Source of the DNA: Candidatus Enterousia sp.
GTDB taxonomy: Bacteria; Pseudomonadota; Alphaproteobacteria; Rs-D84
Length of the DNA: 64,000 bases
Assembly (NCBI GenBank): GCA_045651525.1
Contig: JAZRSO010000036.1
Span: 2,016 to 66,015 of the forward strand
Direction: 5' to 3'
Shown here: positions 34,966 to 45,382 of the stretch, one piece after another
Numbering within the stretch: the first letter of the stretch is position 1
How the letters are laid out: the number at the start of each line of letters is the position of its first letter
Notes under the pieces: generated by a model
Told to the model about the DNA's origin: nothing
Seen by the model: the letters and a program-made list of their open reading frames with translations, nothing else
Databases searched by the model: none
Program-made: the position numbers and the translations under genes

Positions 34966-35825
34966 AAGTAGCAATTATTGGGGCTGGTGCATGGGGTACT
35001 GCGCTGGCAATTACCGTGGCACGCGGTGGTGCCGACACAATATTATGGTCTTATGATGGATTATATAAAGAATTTGATGGCGTAGATATGCCACACAATT
35101 TAGTCATCACAAAAGATATGGCAGACACAAAAGAAACAGATGCCTGGCTGATTGTTACGCCATCTGCATTCTTTCGTGAAACATTGAACAAGGCACGCGT
35201 GCACTATAACGGTCAACCTGTTATTATTTGTACCAAGGGCGCAGAATGTTCCACTGGTCAATTCATGTCTGAAATATTAAACGATGTATTACCAGAATGC
35301 ATTGATTTTGGTATTTTATCTGGCCCACAATTCGCAGCCGAGGTTGCAATAGGTTGCCCAACAGGTTCAACGCTGGCAGGAACAGATGCAGCAATTGTGG
35401 CAGGGCAACAAGCACTAAACAAACTGTATCTTGAAATCAGCAGTGACATTATTGGAACACAAATCTGTGGGGTTGGTAAAAATGCAGCCGCGCTTATTAG
35501 CGGATATAACTCGGTCGCTGCGCCCAGCGAAAACGAACGCGCAATGCTGTTCACGCGCGTATGGGGTGATGTTGTAAAAATCGGTATCGCATCAGGCGCC
35601 CAGGCAATAACATTCTTGGGACTGTGTGGTTTGGGCGATTTAATACTGTCTGCAACCAGCCCAACCAGCCGTAATTATTCTGGCGGTATGGCAATTGCAA
35701 ACGGAAACAAACCCGAAGGAACAGTCGAAGGTATTCATGCCCTGTGTGGTTTAATAGAACGCGCAAATGCACTGGGGATAGATGTACCTGTTTTAAAAGA
35801 GATGAAAAACAAATTAAAAATATAA
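34962..35825 (+). CDS. gpsA: NAD(P)H-dependent glycerol-3-phosphate dehydrogenase
   Basis: MKVAIIGAGAWGTALA, ...KG.E...SGP.FA.EVA..., and GLGDLILSATSPTSRNY. ATGA overlap with the upstream gene. Somewhat short at 287 aa. Confidence 0.8.
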   Translation: MKVAIIGAGAWGTALAITVARGGADTILWSYDGLYKEFDGVDMPHNLVITKDMADTKETDAWLIVTPSAFFRETLNKARVHYNGQPVIICTKGAECSTGQFMSEILNDVLPECIDFGILSGPQFAAEVAIGCPTGSTLAGTDAAIVAGQQALNKLYLEISSDIIGTQICGVGKNAAALISGYNSVAAPSENERAMLFTRVWGDVVKIGIASGAQAITFLGLCGLGDLILSATSPTSRNYSGGMAIANGNKPEGTVEGIHALCGLIERANALGIDVPVLKEMKNKLKI

Positions 35826-35855
35826 AAAAACACCGGCAAATGCCGGTATTTTTTT
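35824..35855. terminator. Bidirectional terminator (CACCGG family)
   Basis: Stem ACCGGC/GCCGGT with loop aaat, flanked by A7 and T7. Confidence 0.7.
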
Positions 35856-36450
35856 AAACTAAACACGCCAATGTCGCGCCGGTATTTTTTAACATAAACC
35901 AACCGATTCGATAATCTGTGGCATAAACAGTCAGCATAAACAGTGCCAAAATACCGATTACCATCAATACACTGTTACGTTTACCGCGCATACAATACAG
36001 CGATATGTTATAAAACAAAAACAATATATACATATCAACCAATAAACTGATTACCCAAATTGATACACAATTAAACGCCAGCGCATTTAGTACCAATATC
36101 ACTGGATAAATAAAGAATACAGACGCCAAGCCCTTTATCGCAATTTCCCAGTCGCGTTCACCGCCCGTTATCTCAGACACCAGCATCAGCAAACCACCCA
36201 TAACAAACAATAAAGTTACAGCCAGTACCGGAACAATCATAATTGCAGTAAATATTGCACCCAAGGTTATTGTCGCGCCGCCCATCAGTCTGATAGCCAA
36301 AACCAAAATACCACCCAATAAACCGTACAAAAAGGCCTTTAACATTGATTCTTCCAAATTACCATCAGCAACAATCTTGGTAAAATAGCGTTTTGGATTC
36401 ACGATTATATTGCGGATTCGTTTAAATGCGTTTTTTAATTTTTTCTTCAT
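35854..36450 (-). CDS. Yip1-like multi-pass membrane protein
   Basis: 198 aa. N-terminal NPKRYF motif followed by five hydrophobic helices. Assignment from topology and motif only. Confidence 0.45.
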   Translation of the reverse strand: MKKKLKNAFKRIRNIIVNPKRYFTKIVADGNLEESMLKAFLYGLLGGILVLAIRLMGGATITLGAIFTAIMIVPVLAVTLLFVMGGLLMLVSEITGGERDWEIAIKGLASVFFIYPVILVLNALAFNCVSIWVISLLVDMYILFLFYNISLYCMRGKRNSVLMVIGILALFMLTVYATDYRIGWFMLKNTGATLACLV

Positions 36451-36518
36451 ATTTTTGCCCCCAATTTGATTATTTATATTTTTGCTTTATAATTACAAAA
36501 AATCAATGGAAAAAAGCG

Positions 36519-37856
36519 ATGACAAAGATAGCAATTGTTGGACGCCCGAATACAGGAAAGTCCACACTTTTTAATGCCCTGACAGGCACGCGCGATGCAC
36601 TGGTTCATGACAGACCAGGGGTTACACGCGACATAATTTCAGGCACATTTTCAAACCGTCCATATACGCTGTATGACACAGCTGGCTTGGAAAACGCGAA
36701 ATCCGGCATTGGTCTGGATTCAACCAATATGGCATTTGGTGCATTGAACGATGCAGACGCAATTTTATTTGTGGTGGACGGACGCGCGGGTCTGACCAAT
36801 CAAGATATAGATTGGGCAAAAATTATCAGACGTAAAACACGCGCGCCTGTGTTGTTATTGGTCAATAAAAGCGAATCGGAAAAGAGATTATCTAATATCC
36901 ATGACTTTTATAAACTAGGCTTTGGCGAACCTGTATTGATTTCCGCAGAACACAAACGCGGGTTTGGCGCAATTTATGAATTTACAGACAAAATTGCGGG
37001 TTATAACACCGAAACCGCAGAACCTGTTGAAAAGACCACAGACACACGTATCAAAATCGCAGTATTGGGTCAGCCGAATGTTGGTAAATCAACATTTGTA
37101 AATCGTGTCTTGGGCGAAAAAAGACAGATTGTAATGGATGCACCTGGGATTACACGCGATACTGTAAAAATCCCGACAACATTCTATGGTCGCGATATTG
37201 TATTAATGGATACAGCGGGACTTCGTCGGAAATCTGGCGTTACAGACGATGTTGAAACATTATCTGCATTAAAGTCTTTGGATGCGATTGAAAAGGCAGA
37301 TGTCGTGATTTTGATGGTTGACGCGACCAAAAACATTGAAAATCAGGCACTGGGGATTGCAGCACGTGTTTATAACGCAGGAAAAATCCTGTGTGTTGCA
37401 CTGAATAAATGGGACTTGGTTGAACCAGAACTGCGTGATGAAAAATTACTGAAACTAAAACATCAGTTTTCTAATTCTTTCCATCAGATAATAAAGCCTA
37501 TGATATTGGCTGTATCTGCGGAAACAGGCACAGGTGTTCAAAATATGTTCCGTCGTATTTATGAACAATGGGATATTTCAATGGCACAGGCACCAACCAG
37601 TCTGGTCAACAGAATTGTTGAAAAACTGGTCGCAGACAGACAACCGCCATTATCGCGCCTGAAACGCCCAATGAAGATTAAATTTGCACGCCAAACAGGT
37701 CGTCATCCAATGAAGATAACCATAAATGTTGGTGGCGCATCTGATATTCCAGAATCTTACACACGTTATTTGCGTCGTGGATTGGCAACCGCATTAAAGT
37801 GGGAACACTTGCCGATTATAATTGAATACGACAAGGCGGAAAATCCATATGATTAA
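36519..37856 (+). CDS. der: Ribosome-biogenesis GTPase Der (EngA)
   Basis: Two G domains (GRPNTGKSTLFN...DTAG...NKSE, and GQPNVGKSTFVN...DTAG...NKWD) plus a KH-like C-terminus. Start at ATG 36519. Confidence 0.9.
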   Translation: MTKIAIVGRPNTGKSTLFNALTGTRDALVHDRPGVTRDIISGTFSNRPYTLYDTAGLENAKSGIGLDSTNMAFGALNDADAILFVVDGRAGLTNQDIDWAKIIRRKTRAPVLLLVNKSESEKRLSNIHDFYKLGFGEPVLISAEHKRGFGAIYEFTDKIAGYNTETAEPVEKTTDTRIKIAVLGQPNVGKSTFVNRVLGEKRQIVMDAPGITRDTVKIPTTFYGRDIVLMDTAGLRRKSGVTDDVETLSALKSLDAIEKADVVILMVDATKNIENQALGIAARVYNAGKILCVALNKWDLVEPELRDEKLLKLKHQFSNSFHQIIKPMILAVSAETGTGVQNMFRRIYEQWDISMAQAPTSLVNRIVEKLVADRQPPLSRLKRPMKIKFARQTGRHPMKITINVGGASDIPESYTRYLRRGLATALKWEHLPIIIEYDKAENPYD

Positions 37857-37882
37857 ACACCGGTCTTTACCGGTGTTTTTTT
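37855..37882 (+). terminator. Intrinsic terminator after der
   Basis: Stem CACCGG/CCGGTG with loop tcttta, followed by T7. Confidence 0.7.
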
Positions 37883-37937
37883 ATAAATAATAAATAAAAA
37901 TTATGGTATAATATCACAAGTTCAAGAGAGAGAATTT

Positions 37938-38660
37938 ATGAAAAAAACAGCTGAAAATATTATTTCACTTAAAAACATCAACAAAAGCTTTCCGTTGGAA
38001 CTGGGCGGTGAACAACAGGTTTTGTTTGATATAAACTTTACAATCAAATCCGGTGAATTTGTCGCAATTATGGGGCCCAGTGGTTCTGGAAAGTCGACTT
38101 GTATGAATATTATTGGCGCGCTGGACACCGCCAGTTCTGGGGTTTATGAATTATATGGTCGTGACGTAACAGGACTGACCCCAGACGAATTAGCAACTGT
38201 TCGAAACGAACATATCGGTTTTGTATTTCAACAGTTTAATCTGTTACCAAAACGCAGTGTGTTGGACAATGTAATGCTGCCGTTGATGTATCGCGGCCTG
38301 CCGATGAATGAAAGAATTGACCGCGCACGCGAAATGTTAAAGCGCGTGGGATTGGAAAACTTTGAAAGCTATCTGCCGACACAGTTGTCCGGCGGTATGA
38401 AGCAACGTGTTGCAATTGCGCGCGCATTGGCCGGCAATCCAAAGCTTATCTTGGCGGACGAACCAACGGGTGCATTAGACAGTAAAATGGGTAATGAAAT
38501 CTTAAAGTTCTTTAAAAAATTGAACGAAGATATGGGCATTACAATCGTTATGATTACCCACGAATTTGATATTGCAAAATACGCAAACAGGTTGATACAT
38601 ATTCGTGATGGTAAAATAAACTATGACGGAAAAATTCCAAAAGATGACAGCAAACTTTAA
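37938..38660 (+). CDS. ABC transporter ATP-binding protein (MacB/LolD type)
   Basis: Walker A GPSGSGKST, Q-loop FVFQQFNLL, signature LSGGMKQRVAIARA, Walker B LILADEPTGALD. Confidence 0.85.
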   Translation: MKKTAENIISLKNINKSFPLELGGEQQVLFDINFTIKSGEFVAIMGPSGSGKSTCMNIIGALDTASSGVYELYGRDVTGLTPDELATVRNEHIGFVFQQFNLLPKRSVLDNVMLPLMYRGLPMNERIDRAREMLKRVGLENFESYLPTQLSGGMKQRVAIARALAGNPKLILADEPTGALDSKMGNEILKFFKKLNEDMGITIVMITHEFDIAKYANRLIHIRDGKINYDGKIPKDDSKL

Positions 38661-38681
38661 TCAGGGCAGGGAGAATAACAT

Positions 38682-39899
38682 ATGACATTTAACGACATTT
38701 TAAAAGAATCTTGGCTGTCAATCAGCGGTAATAAAATTCGTTCTTTCTTGACCGTTTTGGGAATTATTATCGGTGTTATGGCGGTTGTGATAATGGTCGC
38801 AGTGGGCGAAACCGTGCAGAAATCTATTACAGACCAATTTTCATCACTGGGGACAAATACGATTATGATTCGTGCAGGTGCCGCACAATCTGCCGGCGTC
38901 AGAACAGGAAACAGACATACACTGACCATCCAAGACGCTGAATTTATCGCACGACTGCCCGACGTTATGGCATCAACCCCCGTACAAAATGGGGCTGCAC
39001 AGGCAATTTATGGTAATAAAAACTGGGCAACATCAATGGTTGGGGTTTATCCTGATTATACCACCGTTCAAAATATAGAAATGGAGCAGGGCACATTTTT
39101 TGATATGTCTGCTGTCAGAAATGCGTCAACATACGCAGTAATCGGCCCAGAAACAGCCGAAGAACTGGGGCTGCCAGAAAACCCAATTGGTGAAGTTATT
39201 CGTGTACAAAACACGCCTTTTGTTGTTATCGGTGTAACCAAGGCCAAGGGTGATTCTGCCATGGGCAGCCAAGACGATATGATTATTATACCAATCACAA
39301 CACTAAAAAAACGCCTGCAAGGCAGTCGTTTTCCAAATTCTGTAAATATGGTGGCTTTAAAACTGTTTGCAGAATCTGACAATAACTTGGCAATTGAACA
39401 AATAACACTGCTGTTACGTCAAAGACACAGATTAAAAGACGATGCCGAAGACGATTTCCAAATAATGGATATGAAACAAGTTATGGAAACAATGAATACC
39501 GTTACTGGATATTTAAAGTTATTATTGATTGCGATTGCAGCGGTATCTTTGCTGGTCGGTGCGATTGGTATTATGAATATGATGCTGGTATCTGTTGCAG
39601 AACGCACACGCGAAATCGGCATTCGCAAGGCAATTGGCGCCCGTGAACGCATGATAATTATTCAATTTTTATCAGAATCTGTCTTGATTTCATTTATCGG
39701 GTCAATGATTGGTCTGGTTATTGGTGTCGGCCTGTCCCAGGGTGTTGGGCGATTTATATTGGGGTATAATGTACCGTTCAGTATATGGCCTGTGGTATTA
39801 TCTGTATCTGTGGCGGTGATTGTCGGTCTGTCATCTGGCGTTATGCCTGCGATGAAGGCAGCAAAACTAAATCCGATTGACAGTTTGCGATACGAATAA
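38682..39899 (+). CDS. ABC transporter permease, MacB-like (periplasmic domain + FtsX)
   Basis: N-terminal TM helix, a periplasmic domain of about 200 aa, then three C-terminal TM helices with ERTREIGIRKAIGA (FtsX signature). Confidence 0.8.
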   Translation: MTFNDILKESWLSISGNKIRSFLTVLGIIIGVMAVVIMVAVGETVQKSITDQFSSLGTNTIMIRAGAAQSAGVRTGNRHTLTIQDAEFIARLPDVMASTPVQNGAAQAIYGNKNWATSMVGVYPDYTTVQNIEMEQGTFFDMSAVRNASTYAVIGPETAEELGLPENPIGEVIRVQNTPFVVIGVTKAKGDSAMGSQDDMIIIPITTLKKRLQGSRFPNSVNMVALKLFAESDNNLAIEQITLLLRQRHRLKDDAEDDFQIMDMKQVMETMNTVTGYLKLLLIAIAAVSLLVGAIGIMNMMLVSVAERTREIGIRKAIGARERMIIIQFLSESVLISFIGSMIGLVIGVGLSQGVGRFILGYNVPFSIWPVVLSVSVAVIVGLSSGVMPAMKAAKLNPIDSLRYE

Positions 39900-39924
39900 A
39901 AAATCCCCCAAACGGGGGATTTTT
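39898..39924. terminator. Bidirectional terminator (ATCCCCC/GGGGGAT family)
   Basis: Stem ATCCCCC/GGGGGAT with loop aaac, followed by T5. Confidence 0.7.
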
Positions 39925-40627
39925 ATAATTCAACCTTGCCATTTGTGGCAATTAAATCTGCCATCATTTCTATTTTTCCGCCAGCCTCGCGTAATATTAA
40001 ATCACCCGCTGCGATTTCTGCATAATCCAGTGGGTCAGATACATATGCATCAAACTTGCCCGCAGCAACCCACGCCAAATCCAGCGCAGGGCATCCTGTT
40101 CTGCGGCCATCGCCAACCATTGGGCGATCGTCTGATGTGTTATATGCGATTGTTAATTCCGAAGTTTCAGATAAATTAGATACCTTGATTCTGGCAGAAT
40201 GGAATGCAGAAAACACGTATGCACCACGGCCCGCTTCTGCATAATATAATCTTTCATCAATTGGGGAATAAACCAATGCAATTTTTGTTTCGTCGTTTGA
40301 ACGTAACGCCAAAGATATCGCAAAGTGTGGATTGCCACGAACAAAATTTGCAGCCCCAGATAGCGCCAAAACAAATTCATCACGCCCATCACCGACGTGT
40401 GTTGTGTTTGGTGTCAACAAACCTGCATTTGGGCGAACCAATAACAGGTCTGATAATATACTTTCTTCGATTCGGGCAGATGCCTTGCTGACAAAGTCAC
40501 GGGCGCCACGCAACGATTGTTGCAGGTTTTCCACCTCGCCAAAGTCGCGACGCAAACCAGATGCTGTGCGTTGCAACGCCATAAACATTTTGTTTAATTC
40601 GGTTGAACCTTTTATCAACAATTCCAT
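39923..40627 (-). CDS. suhB: SuhB/inositol-monophosphatase-family protein with degenerate catalytic motifs
   Basis: RRDFGEVENLQ and ALDLAWVAAGKFD are typical SuhB. However, DPLDGT is replaced by LALSGA and WD(I/F)AAG by YAEIAAG. Confidence 0.7.
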   Translation of the reverse strand: MELLIKGSTELNKMFMALQRTASGLRRDFGEVENLQQSLRGARDFVSKASARIEESILSDLLLVRPNAGLLTPNTTHVGDGRDEFVLALSGAANFVRGNPHFAISLALRSNDETKIALVYSPIDERLYYAEAGRGAYVFSAFHSARIKVSNLSETSELTIAYNTSDDRPMVGDGRRTGCPALDLAWVAAGKFDAYVSDPLDYAEIAAGDLILREAGGKIEMMADLIATNGKVEL

Positions 40628-40657
40628 GACGCTGCCCCCATCAGACGAAAGTTAGAC

Positions 40658-40870
40658 TTAGAAATTAAAGCCAGCAAATTTGCTTTTGAATTCTGCAGCA
40701 CGTTGACCCTTGTCTGCAACGTTTGAACGTTGACCTGTCCATGCAGAATGGTTCAAATTATCTGTTGATAAAACCAAGTCTTTTTTAACAGAAGAATACA
40801 TTTTTACAGTCTTGCCATCTGTTCTTGTGACATTGATTTCGTGGTATTCAGGATGAATTCCTTGTTTCAT
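40658..40870 (-). CDS. rpmE: 50S ribosomal protein L31
   Basis: MKQGIHPEYHEINVT... Start set at ATG 40870. Upstream promoter is TTGATT-16-TATAAT. Confidence 0.85.
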   Translation of the reverse strand: MKQGIHPEYHEINVTRTDGKTVKMYSSVKKDLVLSTDNLNHSAWTGQRSNVADKGQRAAEFKSKFAGFNF

Positions 40871-40945
40871 TGTATTGTCCTTTTTTAGAATTTTAGCCTG
40901 CGAATTATACAAGGATTTTTACAGAAATCAAGCAATAATAATATT

Positions 40946-41458
40946 TTAATATCTGCCAATACAGCCCAAATATGAATTGCCCGTAGATTCCAAGATATTT
41001 ATAAACTGATTCTGATTTTTCCCAGAAAATAACGCCAATATTGTGCCTGTATCCGTCGCCAGCATATCTGCAACAGTCGCAATCCCAGAATTCATTTTCT
41101 TGAAAAAGCCACTGGCCGGGCGGATTTCAGCCGCCAACAATTGATTCACACCCTGTGATTTTGCATTTTTCTGGGATTCAATGACCATCAGCTGACATTC
41201 TGGGGATATAATCAGTTTATCACTGACCACGGCATCACTGCCCAATAATTCGCCCCACCAGCCAGTAGAACCAAAAAAAACAGGCATATAAATAGTTGCG
41301 TTTGGATTTTGTTCCAGAATCTGTGCAATATCAACATCATCTGCGCAAACATCAGGCATTACACCAGTTGATTTATTTATAACCTTGCGCGCCAACTGGT
41401 ATTCATCATCCCCAGTTGTTTTGCGTGGCCAATAAAGAATCGGAAACTTTGTCATCAC
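40946..41458 (-). CDS. Hypothetical protein (170 aa) adjacent to VirB6-like array
   Basis: Clean ORF with no TM helices and no motif recognised. Confidence 0.4.
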   Translation of the reverse strand: MMTKFPILYWPRKTTGDDEYQLARKVINKSTGVMPDVCADDVDIAQILEQNPNATIYMPVFFGSTGWWGELLGSDAVVSDKLIISPECQLMVIESQKNAKSQGVNQLLAAEIRPASGFFKKMNSGIATVADMLATDTGTILALFSGKNQNQFINILESTGNSYLGCIGRY

Positions 41459-41523
41459 TGAGAATTATATCAGATTCGGAACATACAAAAAAGGGGGGCA
41501 ATGTAAATAAAGCACTTGATTTT

Positions 41524-42810
41524 TTATTTTTTCATTTTTTCCAGCCATTTTTTGCCACCTTCCCACAATATTTTTAGGTCGCTTTTGGCCTTGTCATAAT
41601 ATTCTGTAGATATTTGAACATTGAATAAGGTCTTGATTAATGCCGGAATCATTGTCATAAACATCGCCATAAACAACCCCATCAAGACAACTGTGATAAT
41701 TGTATCGTTTTCCATCAACAAAGCATCCATTAAAAAATGCGAATCGTTTTTGTTTAATGCAACCTCAAGCGCACTGGCACCAGCCCAGTCGCCAAAGACC
41801 GCATTTAAAAACATTATCGCAAAAGAAACAAATACGCCCGTCATCGCAATCCCAAGCGTCGCAGATATTACATTGTCTATCATTGACTTTAACGATGTTC
41901 CAACGCCTGCCAGCGATATTTTCCAACCCTTGAATAACCACGCCAGCAACATCAATGGCAACATTATTAAATCCATTGATAGTTTTATAAAGACTTCCAG
42001 AAAATACAGCGGTATCGGCAATAATGCGACAAAAAACAGTCCCAATATTAACGCACCTGCAAATAACATAAATACATTCGGCAGAATCGGTATTGCCCAT
42101 AAAATCTTGTAATTATAATCATCATTAAAAGACATATTTAACATTGTCCAACCAATCGCCATCCCCAGCCCCGTCATCTGATGAACCCCGGCCAATTCAC
42201 ACGTCAAATTATGACGTAATTTTGGCGAAAAAGCGCCCAGACTTACTTGTCTTGCATCAGATACAGGATCTGCAATTGCGCTGGCAACCACACATTCATC
42301 AAATTTATCATCATAAACCGCCATTCTGTTCAGGGTCAGACCAACATTAAATATAGGCTCTATTGCAATATTGGAGATAAGGCGCGGCAGGGGCGCAACC
42401 AATAAAGCACACACAAATCCCAACTTTAGGATATGCAAACCAAATGTGCTGGTCATATCCCAAGGCTTTTCAAGATTAGTATTAAAAAAACCACTTAACA
42501 ATGTCCATGCAAACCAAATGGCTGTCAACATTACCGCCATGGTCGCAACAGAAGTGCCCAATGCGCTGTACACACGTGGCAACAAACCGGACATTGTTGA
42601 CATAATGTCCGAAAACATTTGACATGTCCAACAACTGGAAAAAAACTTTAACGCATCCGCCATATTCACAGGTGCCAATGTGCGATATATTGAAAATCCT
42701 GCAATTGCGCCGACACCAGCAATCCCACCAATTACCAATGGGGGAATTGCCCCTGCACCAAATGGCAGGAACGATAAAAACACTATCCAAAATTTTTTTA
42801 ACCTGTTCAT
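41524..42810 (-). CDS. virB6: VirB6/TrbL-like polytopic membrane protein, paralog A
   Basis: 428 aa with at least 6 TM helices. CWTC motif, a W-containing TM helix followed by an amphipathic segment and IEPIFNVGL, then a central FFVALLPIPLYFLEVFIKLSMDLIMLPLMLLAWLF block. The layout parallels A. tumefaciens VirB6 as I recall it. Confidence 0.55.
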   Translation of the reverse strand: MNRLKKFWIVFLSFLPFGAGAIPPLVIGGIAGVGAIAGFSIYRTLAPVNMADALKFFSSCWTCQMFSDIMSTMSGLLPRVYSALGTSVATMAVMLTAIWFAWTLLSGFFNTNLEKPWDMTSTFGLHILKLGFVCALLVAPLPRLISNIAIEPIFNVGLTLNRMAVYDDKFDECVVASAIADPVSDARQVSLGAFSPKLRHNLTCELAGVHQMTGLGMAIGWTMLNMSFNDDYNYKILWAIPILPNVFMLFAGALILGLFFVALLPIPLYFLEVFIKLSMDLIMLPLMLLAWLFKGWKISLAGVGTSLKSMIDNVISATLGIAMTGVFVSFAIMFLNAVFGDWAGASALEVALNKNDSHFLMDALLMENDTIITVVLMGLFMAMFMTMIPALIKTLFNVQISTEYYDKAKSDLKILWEGGKKWLEKMKK

Positions 42811-42875
42811 CGTTTTAACTATACCATATTTTATACCAAATGTGATATAATTGAAATAATAAATATGACGAGAGA

Positions 42876-44147
42876 ATGTTTTTATTAAGAAAATTGTCTT
42901 TATTTGCCCTTGTTTGTACGGCGTTTTTTATGCCGTCGTTGGCATATGCAGACAACATTGTTGACGCGTTAAATCTGGCGCCTTTTGTTCCGATTGTGCT
43001 GGACGCGATGATGATGGTCGGCACAGGTGTATACGAATATTTTGTCGGGGACGCCCAGCACACGGGTATTATTTACATACTGATATGGACTTTCTTGGGA
43101 TTATCTATATCCATAGAACTGATAAAGATGTATTTACCAAAACAATGGGTTGAATTCTTGGGCTTTTCTGGCGGTGGCGAACTGGCCAATGGAAGTGCCA
43201 CGCCAACAAAAATGTTTACAAATATATTTCAAACAGGTTTTAGGGCAATACTGGCATCTGTAATATTATTGCAATTAAAACCTGTATATATGACAAAATG
43301 GCTGATAAATCCATTCTTGGAATTTGGTTCAATATACACTTCGCATATTGTTGCAAACATAGATTCAACAAACACCACAGCAGAAAAAACATCTTGCCCG
43401 CCCGACATATTGGCAAAAGAATGGATTTCTGAAAAGTCATGTGAATTCTTGACACAGCCTGTGGCAGACCTGTCACACGCAAACAACCAAATTGTTAAAC
43501 GTGGCTTTACATTTTTGACAAATGGTTTGCGTGGGTTAATGGTACCTATTCCACACGGTGGCGAAGATTTTATGAACATTTTAACAGGTTTTATACTGAT
43601 TGCCACATTCGTTGGCAGCAATGTATTTATGGCACTGCTGATTATTCAAGGAATATTTAACTTTGGCGCGCAAATAATACTGTATCCGTTCTCGGTTTTA
43701 GTATATGTATTTAAAAAGAACGATAAATGGCTGGATATTTGGCCGGCATTTTCTGGGATTACCAAGGCATTACAACAACTGATTGTTACAATGATTGCGT
43801 GTGCATTTATACTGTGCATTAACGTTGCGATTATCAAGGCGTTATTCCAATGGAATTCTTCGGTGTTTGTTGTGGCGGCTGGCGGCACTGCTACAAGTAA
43901 TGTTCCGCAACAGGCCGCAACATCAATGGGATTTGGGCAACATTCTGTTTTGTGGTTGTCGGCAATAATGACATTCTATTTAATGTTTAAAATATTTGAA
44001 ATGACACGCAAACAACTGGATATGTACGTTGGCAAGGGAATGGATACACTGTACAATAATGTAACAAATGATACGAAAACTTTGTACAATGCATCTAAGA
44101 CAATGATAAAAAAATACAAAGACGCATCAGGCTGGTTTAAAAAATAA
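42876..44147 (+). CDS. virB6: VirB6/TrbL-like membrane protein, paralog B (signal peptide)
   Basis: 423 aa. Signal peptide ...FMPSLAYA, then INPFLEFGS and the block LLIIQGIFNFGAQIILYPFSVLVYVF. Divergent from paralog A across a 65-bp promoter region. Confidence 0.5.
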   Translation: MFLLRKLSLFALVCTAFFMPSLAYADNIVDALNLAPFVPIVLDAMMMVGTGVYEYFVGDAQHTGIIYILIWTFLGLSISIELIKMYLPKQWVEFLGFSGGGELANGSATPTKMFTNIFQTGFRAILASVILLQLKPVYMTKWLINPFLEFGSIYTSHIVANIDSTNTTAEKTSCPPDILAKEWISEKSCEFLTQPVADLSHANNQIVKRGFTFLTNGLRGLMVPIPHGGEDFMNILTGFILIATFVGSNVFMALLIIQGIFNFGAQIILYPFSVLVYVFKKNDKWLDIWPAFSGITKALQQLIVTMIACAFILCINVAIIKALFQWNSSVFVVAAGGTATSNVPQQAATSMGFGQHSVLWLSAIMTFYLMFKIFEMTRKQLDMYVGKGMDTLYNNVTNDTKTLYNASKTMIKKYKDASGWFKK

Positions 44148-45382
44148 TGAATCAAATGGCAACATCTTTGGCAGATAATATTGTGCAGTGTTGGGGCTGT
44201 GCTGTTTTTGACAGACTGTTTCAGATAATATCTACCATCGGCATAGAAATCTATGACAGCATGACCCAAATATGTTTAGTGATATTTGGTCTGCTGTTTG
44301 CGATTTTTGTATTCAACGCAATTTGGAAAAATTTCAAAGGCGGAATAAAAGACCCAATTATGAAAGACAGCTTTTTAAAAGCATTTATTCGGTCTGTATT
44401 TGCATTGACGTTGCTGGGGGCAGGGACACTGATACCAAAAACAATCAGCACTGTTATATTTGAACCTGTGACCAAGGTTACATTGTTATATACCCAATCT
44501 ATGATAAAAACAAACGACGAAATCGTTTCTGCAAGGGTTACATACGAACCGATTGAAATTACCCAAGAAGGAATATATTCTCAAAAATTACGCGATATGG
44601 TTATTATGCTGATGAAAACAACAATTACTCAATTCCAGTCGTTTATAAAACTGGGAATCGAAGTAATGGACAAAGCATTCTCGTGGAGCGCATTCACAAG
44701 CGTCAGCGTATTAATCAAACATATTATGTTATTTTTTATTGGGCTGTATTTAGCATGGGGATTTTTAAAAATATTTTTTAAGTATTGTTGTTATTTTGCC
44801 GATGTAATTATTGCAATGGCGTTCTTTGCATTCTTTTTCCCAATATCACTGGTTATGACATCGTTCAAAGACGTAAAGGAAGTGCCAAAATGGTTCGGTA
44901 CAATTGGTAAAAACGTCGGTGTTGCACAGCTAAAAAATGTAATAAACGCGATTGTGACATTAGGCTCGGTCGTGTTGACGTATACTGTTATGATGGTAAT
45001 TATTGCAAAATTCTTGTCTGCATCAAACGTATCCGTTAATGATTTGATGGGGGCAATTTACGGTGGGAACCTTTACGAAGAAGATTTAAGCACTGACGCC
45101 TTGTATTCACTGACATTGGCAAGTTTTATCGCATTATTATATGTTTTAAATTTTGTCTTTGAACAAATTCCACAAATTACTAAGATGGTGTTATCAATGT
45201 TCGGTGTCGAAGAAAATAACAAGCACAGCGAACAATTCGCAAGTGATATGGGACGCTTGTCAAAGCTGGCATTTGATAATGCCGCCACATTTGGATCTAT
45301 TATCATTAACGGCAAGAAAAAAGACGATAAAAAAGAAGAAAAAACCGACACCAAAACAGACGGCAAAAAGGATACGAAATAA
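44147..45382 (+). CDS. virB6: VirB6/TrbL-like membrane protein, paralog C
   Basis: 411 aa. CWGC motif (44189-44200), FEPVTKVTL, and a Lys/Asp/Thr-rich tail. TAATG overlap with paralog B. Confidence 0.5.
   Translation: MNQMATSLADNIVQCWGCAVFDRLFQIISTIGIEIYDSMTQICLVIFGLLFAIFVFNAIWKNFKGGIKDPIMKDSFLKAFIRSVFALTLLGAGTLIPKTISTVIFEPVTKVTLLYTQSMIKTNDEIVSARVTYEPIEITQEGIYSQKLRDMVIMLMKTTITQFQSFIKLGIEVMDKAFSWSAFTSVSVLIKHIMLFFIGLYLAWGFLKIFFKYCCYFADVIIAMAFFAFFFPISLVMTSFKDVKEVPKWFGTIGKNVGVAQLKNVINAIVTLGSVVLTYTVMMVIIAKFLSASNVSVNDLMGAIYGGNLYEEDLSTDALYSLTLASFIALLYVLNFVFEQIPQITKMVLSMFGVEENNKHSEQFASDMGRLSKLAFDNAATFGSIIINGKKKDDKKEEKTDTKTDGKKDTK

Noticed and set aside
41621-42112. 163-aa plus-strand ORF and other antisense ORFs in VirB6-like paralog A
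   Set aside because: They are antisense to a coherent polytopic membrane protein frame and have Asn/Ile-rich low-complexity products.
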